From the NCBI GenBank assembly GCA_963702095.1, contig OY969706.1, forward strand, positions 1,472,001 to 1,536,000: DNA of 64,000 nucleotides. Reading direction: 5' to 3'. Positions 29,943-40,400 of the stretch are shown here, piece by piece; positions within the stretch are counted from its first letter, which is position 1, and each line of letters starts with the position of its first letter. The notes beneath the pieces are model-generated. The model saw only the letters and a list, made by a program, of their open reading frames with translations, searched no databases and was not told the DNA's origin. This stretch comes from Candidatus Bathyarchaeota archaeon. Lineage in GTDB: Archaea > Thermoproteota > Bathyarchaeia > Bathyarchaeales > Bathycorpusculaceae. The position numbers and the translations under genes were made by a program.

Positions 29943-31550
29943 CTACCCCGTAAAGTTGAGGACAAATATTCGCCTCGGATTAGCACCGAAAGTTTCCTCA
30001 GCGGAGATGTGGGTGAAGTTACCCGAATCGTAGAGTTGCCTATAGATTTGTTGCAGGTTAAGCGTGGTGTTATAGTAAGGAACGGTGCCGCCGAATTCAT
30101 AGGTGAACACGAACTGCGTGTTGGTTACGTTGCAAAGGTGGATGAATTCTGTTATGTTAAACGTTGGCGTGTAGGTGTCAACGGGCAAGCGGGGATACTG
30201 GAAAACGGGGATGTTGTTGTCGCCGTCTTCCCAGAGGCAAAACCGTACCATATCACGGCTAAAAAAGTTGAAGGGACACAACACCATGATTGAGCAGTTA
30301 GCATCCAAGTGTGTGAACGCATAGTTTGTGGCACCGTCTATGTCGATGTTTATGTCGAAATATTTAACGACGGTGTAGGCGTCGTTTATGCTATACGCGA
30401 CTGCACCTGCCACCACAACGATCAGGATTACTGCACCCGCTTTAGCCAGCCGCTTCCGGGTTGCACTGTTTGGTTTATGCCATGCCACCCTTAACTTGGC
30501 GAAAACCGTCAAAATCAACAGGGAGGCGGCGATAGCTAAGGCAGGAAACAGCGGCAACACGTAACGCCACACTTTGTTGTCGATTAAGGTGAAAAAGACA
30601 AAGACGCTTACAAACCAGATGAGCACAAACTTATCTTCGCGGCTATGTCGCCAAACCAGAAAAACCAGCCCAGCCAAACCAGCGACAAACAAAAAAATTG
30701 AGATTGGATGTATATTGTTGTAGGGCCAAACCATCTCTATAAAATAGAATATGGGCAGGGGGAAGCGGTCGCTGTATACGGAGCGTTCAGGGTTGCCTAC
30801 TTGGAGAGCGTAGATCCATTGGCTCAAGAATTCGGACGCGTAAACCTCGTAGGCCACTATTATCCAGGGCGTAATTACAAGTAGGGCGGTTATGATGGTT
30901 AGGCTGAATTTTTTGAGGGCTTGCTTGAGTTGGTTCCTAACTAGAAAGATTAGGCTCAGCAGCATTACGACGCCGGCTATGATCATCTGGTACTTTGCCA
31001 AAAAACCTAACCCCACCGCTAACCCCGCAAACACCAGTAGCCTGTCCTGGCGGATTTTGAGCCACCGATAAAAGAAAAGCAGCGAAACCAAGAAAAAAAA
31101 CAGCAGCATCGTCTCCAGCAACGCCATTCGAGAGAGCCAGAAGAACCCAGGCATCACCCCAAACAATACCGCTGAGAGGAGAGCCACTTTTTCGCCGTAC
31201 ATTTGGTTGGCTAATTCGAAGACTGCCCAAAGCGAGAGGATAGAGAAAACTGCTGGAACCAATCTGGCGGAGAGGACGCTTATGCCAAACGCTTTGAAAG
31301 ACAGGAAGGTTACGGTGTCGAATAGCGGCGGGTAGAAGGCGTTGTTGAGGTATTTGGTATAGAGTCCCCAGTAGAGGAAGTTGCCGCTGTTTAGGTGTAT
31401 GACTTCATCCCACTGGATAGGGGAGTTAGTCAAATTCAACAGAAGAATAACGGCGTAACCTATGGCAAAGACAAGAAAGGCTAGGCGCCACTTGTTTAGA
31501 GCCACCCCTAATCTAGTTAAACCTGTTTTTGAACTTGATTGAGGAATCAT
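29943..31550 (-). CDS. GT-C (PMT/ArnT-like, family 39/83) glycosyltransferase
   Basis: QWDE, YPPLF, SARL, SRMALLE, RYVLPLFP; multi-TM. Confidence 0.85.
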   Translation of the reverse strand: MIPQSSSKTGLTRLGVALNKWRLAFLVFAIGYAVILLLNLTNSPIQWDEVIHLNSGNFLYWGLYTKYLNNAFYPPLFDTVTFLSFKAFGISVLSARLVPAVFSILSLWAVFELANQMYGEKVALLSAVLFGVMPGFFWLSRMALLETMLLFFFLVSLLFFYRWLKIRQDRLLVFAGLAVGLGFLAKYQMIIAGVVMLLSLIFLVRNQLKQALKKFSLTIITALLVITPWIIVAYEVYASEFLSQWIYALQVGNPERSVYSDRFPLPIFYFIEMVWPYNNIHPISIFLFVAGLAGLVFLVWRHSREDKFVLIWFVSVFVFFTLIDNKVWRYVLPLFPALAIAASLLILTVFAKLRVAWHKPNSATRKRLAKAGAVILIVVVAGAVAYSINDAYTVVKYFDINIDIDGATNYAFTHLDANCSIMVLCPFNFFSRDMVRFCLWEDGDNNIPVFQYPRLPVDTYTPTFNITEFIHLCNVTNTQFVFTYEFGGTVPYYNTTLNLQQIYRQLYDSGNFTHISAEETFGANPRRIFVLNFTG

Positions 31551-31693
31551 GTTCTAAGCAGTTTAGCCCCACCTTCTATTGAGGGGTAATCAATATAAGA
31601 CTTGACCAAATCCCGCCTAAACGATTCAAAAAAATGATTTTACAGTTTAGAAACGCTAAAATCCCATGAACCATTCACTCTTTCAAGATAACA

Positions 31694-32722
31694 ATGCCAT
31701 ATAACGAATTGAGAAAAGATTATTTGCTTAACCGCTGGGTTGTCATCGCCACTGAACGCAGCCGCAGACCCACCGATTTTGCCAAGCCAAAACAGGAAGC
31801 TAAGTCAGCGGTGTGCCCGATGTGCGTGGGCAACGAAAACATGACGCCACCCGCTGTGATGTTATACCTGAAAGAAAACGGCGAAGTAAAACGTTCAAAA
31901 GATCCCCCGGAGGGGGAGCGCCCCCGCAACTGGCTTGTACGCATCATTCCCAACCTTTACCCAGCGTTTACACCACCAAAACAGCCAGACGACGCCTTGC
32001 AGATTTTTAGGGGCGAAGACTTCGGCTACGCAATCGGCGAGCACGAAGTAATCATTGAATCCCCCAACCACGACGAAAGCCCCGCCAACGCCGCGTTGCC
32101 GCAGCTGGAATTAGTCGTTAAAGCCTACGTTGACAGATTCACGGAATTAAGCGCTAAACCCTACGTCAAATACGTCTCTGTCTTCCGCAACCACGGCATC
32201 GAAGCAGGCGCGTCACTTTCACATGCACACAGCCAAGTCATCGCTATCCCCATGGTTCCCGCCGCAATCCAAGCTGAACAAGAAGCCGCCCAAACCCACA
32301 GCAAAGTACATGGCAGATGCATCTTCTGCGACATAATCGAACGTGAACGCGATGGGCCACGGTGGATTTTGGAGAACAGAGATTTCGTTGTTTTCGCTCC
32401 CTATGCCAGCGTTCATGCCATGGAATTCTGGGTCGTGCCCAAAAAACACGCAGCCAACATCCAAAACCTAACCCCAGAAGAAATCAAATCGTTTGCAGCA
32501 ACGCTCAAAACCAGCCTAAAAGCCCTAAAAGACCTAGTCAACGACCCACCCTACAACTATGGCATCCACCAAAGCATCGACGACAGCGGCTACCACTGGC
32601 ACTTGGAGGTTTATCCGAAGCTGGCAACTTGGGCAGGGTTCGAGAAGAGCACCGGCGTGTACATCAACACAGTCACGCCCGAAGCTGCCGCAGAAGACCT
32701 GCGCAAAGCCATAGCCCCATAA
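31694..32722 (+). CDS. galT: GalT-like nucleotidylyltransferase (HIT superfamily)
   Basis: ELRKDY..RWVVIATERSRRP, CPMC, NLYP, GASLSHAHSQ, GFEKSTG. Confidence 0.88.
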   Translation: MPYNELRKDYLLNRWVVIATERSRRPTDFAKPKQEAKSAVCPMCVGNENMTPPAVMLYLKENGEVKRSKDPPEGERPRNWLVRIIPNLYPAFTPPKQPDDALQIFRGEDFGYAIGEHEVIIESPNHDESPANAALPQLELVVKAYVDRFTELSAKPYVKYVSVFRNHGIEAGASLSHAHSQVIAIPMVPAAIQAEQEAAQTHSKVHGRCIFCDIIERERDGPRWILENRDFVVFAPYASVHAMEFWVVPKKHAANIQNLTPEEIKSFAATLKTSLKALKDLVNDPPYNYGIHQSIDDSGYHWHLEVYPKLATWAGFEKSTGVYINTVTPEAAAEDLRKAIAP

Positions 32723-32777
32723 TTTGGGGGCTTTAGGTTTAGTAGCCTACTCTATTATCCGTAGATCAAAATTCTAC

Positions 32778-32910
32778 TATTCTGCTTGAGGATTGCGCCT
32801 CAACCAGCCCTCAATATGCCTCAGCGCCTGAACCCAAAAAGCAATTGTTCACCAAACCCGTAGGAAGATAATGAGCAAGGGCAACACTCTCTTCTTCTAA
32901 CAATAGAAAA
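32778..32910 (+). repeat. Dispersed intergenic repeat family A, copy 2
   Basis: ttctgcttgaggattgcgcctcaacc..gaacccaaaa..ctcttcttctaa. Confidence 0.85.
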
Positions 32911-33152
32911 ACAACAGCAATTGTTCTGCGTAAACTTTGTATGGCACAGAGAAGACGGTTCAATGATGTGTATGCCTAGAACCTTGGCGCTTGTACTGAT
33001 TTTAGTGATTGCTTCTTCAAGTTTAGCTGTCTGCGCGCCGCCGCGTACGCACCCATATTACAGTGATGTTTTTTGTGCTATCGATTGCGGTTTTGGAAAA
33101 GCAATATAGCATAGAACACCGATGCATTTCTCACACGGAGGAAGAATGTGGC

Positions 33153-33818
33153 GTGTTGGTTGCGGGTGTTGATGAAGCAGGACGCGGCTGCGTAATTGGA
33201 CCGCTAGTGGTTGCAGGCGTCCTCGTAGACTCCGAGAACCTGCAGTTGCTCATCGAACTCGGCGTCAAAGACTCCAAGCAACTCACCCCAAAAAAACGCC
33301 AAGCCCTCTACCCCGAAATTATCAAGCTTTGCAGGCGCCACCACATCATCAAAGTGCCGCCGTATTTGATTGACCGAGCTGTGCGCCACACAACAACCCT
33401 GCATAAACTCAACCGTCTCGAGGCACGCACAATGGCAAAAGTGATTGAGGAGTTGCAGCCTGACAAAGCCTTCGTAGACGCCGCCGACGTGTTGGCGGAA
33501 CGCTTCGGCTTGCATATACAAGAATGCCTCGCCAAGCAAACCGTCGTTGTCTCCGAGCATAAAGCTGACCGCAACTACATCGTTGTCTCAGCGGCGTCGG
33601 TCATCGCTAAAGTGGAGCGCGACGCAGAAATCACTCGTTTACAGGAGCGGTATGGTGATTTCGGCAGTGGATATTTAACTGATGACAAAACGTTGGATTT
33701 TCTTAGGCATCTGCTTGATTTGGGCGACGGGGATTACCCGAGTTGTGTGCGAAAATCTTGGGAGCCTGCTCGGCGACTCAAAGACCAGTATGGGTCGGAA
33801 CAGAAGACCCTATTATAA
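33153..33818 (+). CDS. rnhB: Ribonuclease HII (probable GTG start at 33153)
   Basis: GVDEAGRG, VKDSKQL, VDA, HKAD, AASVIAK, GSGY. Confidence 0.95.
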   Translation: MLVAGVDEAGRGCVIGPLVVAGVLVDSENLQLLIELGVKDSKQLTPKKRQALYPEIIKLCRRHHIIKVPPYLIDRAVRHTTTLHKLNRLEARTMAKVIEELQPDKAFVDAADVLAERFGLHIQECLAKQTVVVSEHKADRNYIVVSAASVIAKVERDAEITRLQERYGDFGSGYLTDDKTLDFLRHLLDLGDGDYPSCVRKSWEPARRLKDQYGSEQKTLL

Positions 33819-33928
33819 CTCTATAGTTATTGTCTTTTGTTGCGTCGAAAAAGCTACAATTTATAAATATCTTCAACTATCTTTACAAGTGTAAATATTA
33901 AGAGGGCTTTTAAGCGGCGGTTAACTGT

Positions 33929-35614
33929 TTGAGTGAAAAAGACGTTACCAGATTTCTACAAATTCTCGGTTTAAGCAAAAGAGAAATTCAGGTCTACATG
34001 TTCCTCGCCAAAAGCGGCGTGCAATCTACTAGCTTCGTCGCAAAAAGGCTCAAAATGGAGCGAGTGCAGGCTTACCGTACATTCAAGAAACTCCAAGAAA
34101 AAGGCTTCATCGAAGCCACCCTCGAACGCCCCACACGCTTCACCATCGTACCCTTCTCCGCGTTAGTGGACAACTTCATAACCGCCAAAAAGAACGAAGT
34201 CGCCAACCTCAACGACCAAAAACAAAACCTCCTCACCGCCTGGCAATCCATAAGCGCCCCCGAATCCGAGTACCCCGTCGCCAAATTCAGCATCATCACA
34301 GGAAAAAAGAAAATCCACTCAAAAATGCTCAACATGATCGAAGAATCCAAATCAGAAGTCATCGTTTTAACAACCGCATTGGGCATGATACAGGAGGACA
34401 TAGCAGGCATTTTTGACGCTGCCGTTACACCCTCGCTAGAGCGTAATATTCAAGTCCAGATAATCACCGACATCTCCAACGAAAACCTCAAAGTCGTAGA
34501 ACGCATCGACCGCAACATAACCGAAGACAAACTAAACATTAAACTCCGACACATCAACATGAGCAGCAAATTCTTTCCACGTTTCCTCATAAAAGACGAG
34601 GAAGAAGCCATCCTCTATGCACCGTTTGGAAACGAAGCCTCAGTCCTAAACCTCGAAGACGAAGGCTTATGGATCAACGACAAAATGTTCATTTCCGTTC
34701 TCAAAGCCTTCTTTGTGCAGATGTGGCAAAGCGGAATCGAAGCGGCACGCCGTATAGACGAATTAAAAACCGGCATCCCCCTAGGCGAAACCTATGTCAT
34801 CAAGGGCGAAGAAGAGGCTTGGAGTAAAATCACCCAGATTCTGGACGCAGCCAAAAAAGACATCGTGGTCATCGCGTCCTCTCAGAGTATAAATGCGCTT
34901 GCCGAGGATGATCCGCTGGTTAAATACTTCAAAAAAGGCTTAAAAGTTCGTTTAATGGCGTCCATAGACTTGGATAATTTGGAGCCTGCTCAGAAACTGG
35001 GCAAAAATTACGAAGTCAAACATGTCCCTATCAGCTACATGACCATGATGCTTGTTGACGACAAACATCTCTTCATGTTTAAAAACCCGCCGATGAGCGA
35101 TTTCGGGGTGGAATCAGCCTTCTATTTGGCAGACACTTTCTACTCCAGCGACCCTGGGCAGACTGAACGTGTCAGCGAAATGTTAAATGACATCTGGAAA
35201 CGCGGCATCGATATCTCCGAAATCAGCGATCAAGCAGGAACAAAACTACCCACAGTTGAAGTCGAAACGACAGATACTGTCGCGCAAACAGTGAATCGGA
35301 TGCTGCAGGACAACGTCAACTCCGTCCTCATAACCGAACATTACAAGCCAATAGGTGTAATCAGCGATCGTGATGTGCTGCGGGAAATCGTGGAAAAGCA
35401 AAGCCATCCCCTAAAAACAATGGCTAAAGACCTCAATTATACGCCGCTGATCGTTTTGCAAGCCGATGAAACCATGATAACAGCAATGAAGATTATGTCT
35501 CAGAAAGGTTTCAAACGTGCCGCCATGGTGAAGAACGGTCAACTCATCGGTATGTTAACTGAGGAAGCCGCAAAAAAAGCGGCACTCCAAATGAATGCTG
35601 CAGCAGCCGCATAA
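33929..35614 (+). CDS. TrmB-family transcriptional regulator with duplicated effector domains and C-terminal CBS pair
   Basis: LGLSKREIQVY..LQEKGFIE wHTH; two PLD-like effector repeats; GVISDRDVL and GMLTE CBS motifs. Confidence 0.82.
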   Translation: MSEKDVTRFLQILGLSKREIQVYMFLAKSGVQSTSFVAKRLKMERVQAYRTFKKLQEKGFIEATLERPTRFTIVPFSALVDNFITAKKNEVANLNDQKQNLLTAWQSISAPESEYPVAKFSIITGKKKIHSKMLNMIEESKSEVIVLTTALGMIQEDIAGIFDAAVTPSLERNIQVQIITDISNENLKVVERIDRNITEDKLNIKLRHINMSSKFFPRFLIKDEEEAILYAPFGNEASVLNLEDEGLWINDKMFISVLKAFFVQMWQSGIEAARRIDELKTGIPLGETYVIKGEEEAWSKITQILDAAKKDIVVIASSQSINALAEDDPLVKYFKKGLKVRLMASIDLDNLEPAQKLGKNYEVKHVPISYMTMMLVDDKHLFMFKNPPMSDFGVESAFYLADTFYSSDPGQTERVSEMLNDIWKRGIDISEISDQAGTKLPTVEVETTDTVAQTVNRMLQDNVNSVLITEHYKPIGVISDRDVLREIVEKQSHPLKTMAKDLNYTPLIVLQADETMITAMKIMSQKGFKRAAMVKNGQLIGMLTEEAAKKAALQMNAAAAA

Positions 35615-35681
35615 ACGCTCAGCAACACTTGCGTTCTTTTCTGGAATGAAAACAATTATTAGCAAACCATTTGTACCTTAA

Positions 35682-36377
<696 letters not shown>

Positions 36378-36393
36378 ATCCGCGTGAAGTTCC

Positions 36394-37275
36394 TTGAAGG
36401 TTGAACCCGAATGCGAATCCTGCCTGCTTTCTAGGGCACAGATCCAAACGTACCAAGCCACCACAAACCCTGCGCTGCGCTTTCGCTGCATGGCTGAAAT
36501 CGTGAAGCTGCTCAACAGGGAGTTTAAGCCCACCTCGAATGCGGCTGAAATCGGCACTGAACGGGACCGCATAATTCGTAAATTGACAAGCTGCGACGAC
36601 CCCTATAAATTCAACAAGCGTTTAGCCAACGAGAAAGCCCTCAAAATACTGCCCCATGCTAAAAAGATAGTTGAGGCAGGCTATACCCAGCAGGAACGGT
36701 TCAAAAAAGCTGTCCTATGTGCTATAGTGGGCAACATAATGGAGTTCGACATTCCCGGTCACAAGTTTACACTCAAAAATTTGGCAACTTGCATCCGTGA
36801 AGCGGGCAAAGACCTCGTCATCGACGACATCGACAAAGCCTACGAGTTAGCCAAAAAAGCGCATAGTATACTCTATTTATCGGATAACGCCGGCGAAATC
36901 GTCCTTGACACCCTACTGGTTGAGCAACTCAAGAACATGGGCTTAAAAGTAACCTACGTCGTCAAAGGCGGCCCAGTAATAAACGACGCCACCATGGAAG
37001 ACGCCCAAATCAGCAACATGGATAAAATCGCCGACGAAGTCATCACAACAGGCTGCGACGCCGTTGGATTGCAGAAGAAAGAGGCATCCGAGGAGTTCCT
37101 AAGAGTCTACGATGAAGCTGAACTTGTTTTCGCTAAAGGAATGGGTTATGCTGAGACATTAACGGAGTTCAAGTTAACTAAGCCGCATCTGCTAATGTTT
37201 AGAACCAAGTGTATCCCAGTGGCGAACTATTTCTGTGTGGCAAGAGACAAAAACATCGCAAAGCTGATGCCTTAG
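36394..37275 (+). CDS. DUF89/ARMT1-like damage-control phosphatase
   Basis: CESC, DPY, GN, DNAGE, INDAT, KGMGY.E. Confidence 0.9.
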   Translation: MKVEPECESCLLSRAQIQTYQATTNPALRFRCMAEIVKLLNREFKPTSNAAEIGTERDRIIRKLTSCDDPYKFNKRLANEKALKILPHAKKIVEAGYTQQERFKKAVLCAIVGNIMEFDIPGHKFTLKNLATCIREAGKDLVIDDIDKAYELAKKAHSILYLSDNAGEIVLDTLLVEQLKNMGLKVTYVVKGGPVINDATMEDAQISNMDKIADEVITTGCDAVGLQKKEASEEFLRVYDEAELVFAKGMGYAETLTEFKLTKPHLLMFRTKCIPVANYFCVARDKNIAKLMP

Positions 37276-37276
37276 C

Positions 37277-39358
37277 ATGAAGTTGCCTGCGTTAACCTAC
37301 TCCAAAGAGGCCCTTGAACGTTTTGGCGAGGTTTTAACGCAGGAGTGGCTAGTAACCAACGGGTTAGGCAGCTACGCCTCATCCACGGTGCCAGCGATTA
37401 ACACCCGCAAATACCACGGGTTACTGGTTGCAGCACTTAATCCGCCTGGCGACCGCACGGTTTGCCTCTCTAAACTCGACGAAGACATAATCGTCGGCGG
37501 CTCCACCTATCGACTGGGCGCAAACGACTTTCAAGACACCATCTTCCCAGATGGCTTCAAACTGATTAAACAATTCACATTGGACCCGTATCCCACTTAC
37601 CGCTATGAAGTCAGCGACGTCGCTTTGCAGCGGACACTTTTCATGCCGAAAAACAAAAACGCCGTCGCAGTCCTCTACCACGTTACAAACCGCAAAGCCG
37701 TCGAAGCAAAAGTTCGCATCTACCCAATTATAACATGCCGCTACTACCACACAGTAATCGACCGCACACACGTACCGCTCGACTTCACCACCGAAAGCGC
37801 AGCGTATGGATTCCAAACATCTTGTACGCGCCCAGATGTAACACTTGCCTGCCGCATGACGGACGGAAAATTTACCGAAGCGCCAATTTGGATTGAACAT
37901 ATACGTTATCGCGAGGAAAGTCTACGAGGCGAAGCGCCTTTTGATGACTGCTTCCAACCGGGGTACTTTGAGTTGACGGTGCCGGCGGCAACTGAAGACA
38001 CTTTTGCAGTAACCTGTGCGGCTAGCTCTGATAGCAAAGAAGTAAACAGCATTCTATCTTTGGTGGGCAAAACCGCCCCTGAAGTCGATACAACCCTCGC
38101 TTTGGAACTTAAAGCTAAAGAGGATTTACTCAACGGTTTCTATAATCGCCACCCCCGTGTGCCCATGAGTGATTGGCTGAACTGGATTTTGCTTGCCGCC
38201 GACTCCTTCATAGTTCAAAATGCTGATGGCAAAAAATCTATTATCGCTGGTTACCACTGGTTTGAACCATGGGGCAGAGACACTTTCATCTCGTTGCCTG
38301 GGTTGTTACTGGTCACCGGTAGATTCGATGACGCCAAGGGTATTTTGCAGAATTTTATGCGTTACCTAAAAGGCGGCATGATTCCTAACTTTTTGGCTGA
38401 CCGAACAGGCGTCCCAGTCTACAACACCGTTGACGGCACACTGTGGTATGTTAACGCCGTGTTCGAATACCTCAAATACACAGGTGACTATGCCTTCGTA
38501 AAATCTGAGTTTTGGCCCAACCTCAAAGCCATAATTGAGAACCACCAACGCGGCACCATGTTTGGCATCCACCTCGACAGCGACGGCTTGCTGTCCCATG
38601 GACCCCGCCTTACTTGGATGGACGCGGTTGTTGAAGGCGACGTGATTACGCCTCGTGAGGGCAAAGCCGTGGAAATCCAAGCGTTCTGGTACAACGCACT
38701 TAAAATCATGGAGTTTCTCGCAAACCAGTTCGACGAGCAAACCTTAGCTAAACAGTACCTTGCTATGTCGGAGCAAACCCGTGTAAGCTTCAACGAAAAA
38801 TATTGGAACCCAAAACTTGGCTGCCTCTACGATGTACTAGCACCGGACGGTGCGGATGCGTCGTTGCGCCCCAACCAAGTTTTTGCGGTGTCGCTGGATT
38901 ACATGGTGCTCAACAAAGAGTACAGCCGCCAAGTCGTCGACGTCGTCAACCGTGAGCTGGTGACTCCTTATGGTTTGCGGACGCTTTCGCTGGGTGACCC
39001 CAAATTCGTCGGCAAATGCTTTGGAAACAGACGCAGCCGCGACAGCGCCTACCACAACGGCACCATATGGCCTTGGCTTTTAGGACCCTACGTATCAGCA
39101 TACCTCAAAGTCAACGATTACACAGCGCAGGCAAAGAAACAAGCGCTCAAAAACTACCTGCTGCCTCTGTTCACGGTCGGTCTCCACAAAGGAGGATTAG
39201 GCTCCATCAACGAAATCTATGACTGCGACTCACCCAACGCGGCACGTGGCTGCATTTCGCAGGCTTGGAGCGTCGCGGAGCCACTGCGAGCTTACATAGA
39301 GGACGTTTTGCAGGTTAAGCCTAAAAGCCGCCCAGAGAAAGCAGCTCCACCCGTTTAA
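37277..39358 (+). CDS. Glycogen debranching enzyme (amylo-alpha-1,6-glucosidase)
   Basis: EWLVTNGLGSYASST, AGYHWF..WGRDT, TWMDA, YHNGTIWPWL, QAWSVAE. Confidence 0.92.
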   Translation: MKLPALTYSKEALERFGEVLTQEWLVTNGLGSYASSTVPAINTRKYHGLLVAALNPPGDRTVCLSKLDEDIIVGGSTYRLGANDFQDTIFPDGFKLIKQFTLDPYPTYRYEVSDVALQRTLFMPKNKNAVAVLYHVTNRKAVEAKVRIYPIITCRYYHTVIDRTHVPLDFTTESAAYGFQTSCTRPDVTLACRMTDGKFTEAPIWIEHIRYREESLRGEAPFDDCFQPGYFELTVPAATEDTFAVTCAASSDSKEVNSILSLVGKTAPEVDTTLALELKAKEDLLNGFYNRHPRVPMSDWLNWILLAADSFIVQNADGKKSIIAGYHWFEPWGRDTFISLPGLLLVTGRFDDAKGILQNFMRYLKGGMIPNFLADRTGVPVYNTVDGTLWYVNAVFEYLKYTGDYAFVKSEFWPNLKAIIENHQRGTMFGIHLDSDGLLSHGPRLTWMDAVVEGDVITPREGKAVEIQAFWYNALKIMEFLANQFDEQTLAKQYLAMSEQTRVSFNEKYWNPKLGCLYDVLAPDGADASLRPNQVFAVSLDYMVLNKEYSRQVVDVVNRELVTPYGLRTLSLGDPKFVGKCFGNRRSRDSAYHNGTIWPWLLGPYVSAYLKVNDYTAQAKKQALKNYLLPLFTVGLHKGGLGSINEIYDCDSPNAARGCISQAWSVAEPLRAYIEDVLQVKPKSRPEKAAPPV

Positions 39359-39385
39359 AAGTAGATTGAAATTGGGTGTTTTTGT

Positions 39386-39520
39386 TTTTCTAGTATTTAA
39401 GTAGAAGATAATGTCGCCCTTACTCATCATCTTCTTAGGGGCTTGGTGGGCGGTTGTGTTTTGCGTTCTGCAGCTGAGGGGGATTGCTAGCTGGTTGTGG
39501 CGTAATCCTCAAGCAGAACT
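39386..39520 (-). repeat. Dispersed intergenic repeat family A, copy 3
   Basis: Reverse complement gttctgcttgaggattacgccacaacc..gcagaacgcaaaa..aagaagatgatgagtaagg..actagaaa. Confidence 0.85.
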
Positions 39521-39609
39521 TCGAAACCTTTTGACATTACTGTTAAATTGGTTTTTTCTCTTTTTGGGGGTGTGGGGGGCATGTATCGTTTGCTTTTTTC
39601 TCCACAAGA

Positions 39610-39640
39610 ACAGCAATGACAGCGCAATGCAAGCGGGCAC
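39610..39640 (-). repeat. Dispersed repeat module C, copy 2
   Basis: Reverse complement gtgcccgcttgcattgcgctgtcattgctgt matches 10671-10703. Confidence 0.65.
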
Positions 39641-39701
39641 AACCATGACCCATTACGGCAGCACCTACGGCCAAGTCCGAATCGGGGGATACATAGTATA
39701 G

Positions 39702-40400
39702 TTAGGTTTTTTGTGCTACTATCATTGCGTGTGCTTTGTCGTAGGGCTCTAAATCGACGGTTTCCTTCACGTCATAGCCCCGTTTCATCAGGATTTTTGC
39801 TTCCTGCTGATAGACCGCCTGGGGCGCCATTGTAACATCGACGCTCTGTGATTTGCAGGCAAGCATCACCCAGCCTGCCTCTTTTAGGAAGTAGTCAGCG
39901 TTGTCTGCGAGGAGTTTGGCTTGTTCGGGTTGGGCTACGTCGCAGTAGATGACATCGACTTTGCCGCTGATGAACATGGCGTAGTGTTCTGGCATGCGGG
40001 CGTCGTCGAGGAGGGGGGAAATGTTTGGTCGGAAAGCCGCCACGTTGTTGACTAAGTCGCGTAGGCTGCGCTGGGCAAATTCGACGCAGTAAACGTGCCC
40101 CGACTCGCCGACGATGTCGCTGACATGGCTCGGTGTGGTTCCTGAAGCTGCACCCAAATACAAAACTTTAGAGCCCGCCTCTATGGGCACAGTCTGTAAG
40201 CCCTTTATGATGGCACCTGCGAGTTTGCTGCGGAAAGCATCCCAAACACGGTACTCTACGCCCTGATATTTCAGTAGGCGCTCACCGTAGACGTTGAGGC
40301 CGGGGGTGAGGTTTTTGGTGCCCAGCCGCTTGGCGCCGTCTTCGAGGGTTACATTATAGATTTCTTGGAATTTAGGGTGAGGTTTAACTCGAGCGCCCAC
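39702..40400 (-). CDS. flpA: Fibrillarin-like rRNA/tRNA 2'-O-methyltransferase (probable GTG start at 40400)
   Basis: VYGE, WDAFRSKL, VLYLGAASGTT.SH, DVAQPEQ. Confidence 0.96.
   Translation of the reverse strand: MGARVKPHPKFQEIYNVTLEDGAKRLGTKNLTPGLNVYGERLLKYQGVEYRVWDAFRSKLAGAIIKGLQTVPIEAGSKVLYLGAASGTTPSHVSDIVGESGHVYCVEFAQRSLRDLVNNVAAFRPNISPLLDDARMPEHYAMFISGKVDVIYCDVAQPEQAKLLADNADYFLKEAGWVMLACKSQSVDVTMAPQAVYQQEAKILMKRGYDVKETVDLEPYDKAHAMIVAQKT

Noticed and set aside
32921-33152. 62-aa ORF and extended N-terminus of RNase HII
   Set aside because: No homology signal; RNase HII conservation begins at VLVAGVDEAGRG
39424-39432. C-box-like ATGATGA in repeat A copy 3 next to fibrillarin, suggesting a C/D guide RNA
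   Set aside because: Not conserved in the other two copies, and no suitably placed CTGA D box
39411-39701. Hydrophobic 96-aa ORF (also 10562-10777)
   Set aside because: Lies over non-coding repeat modules; its composition reflects G/T skew
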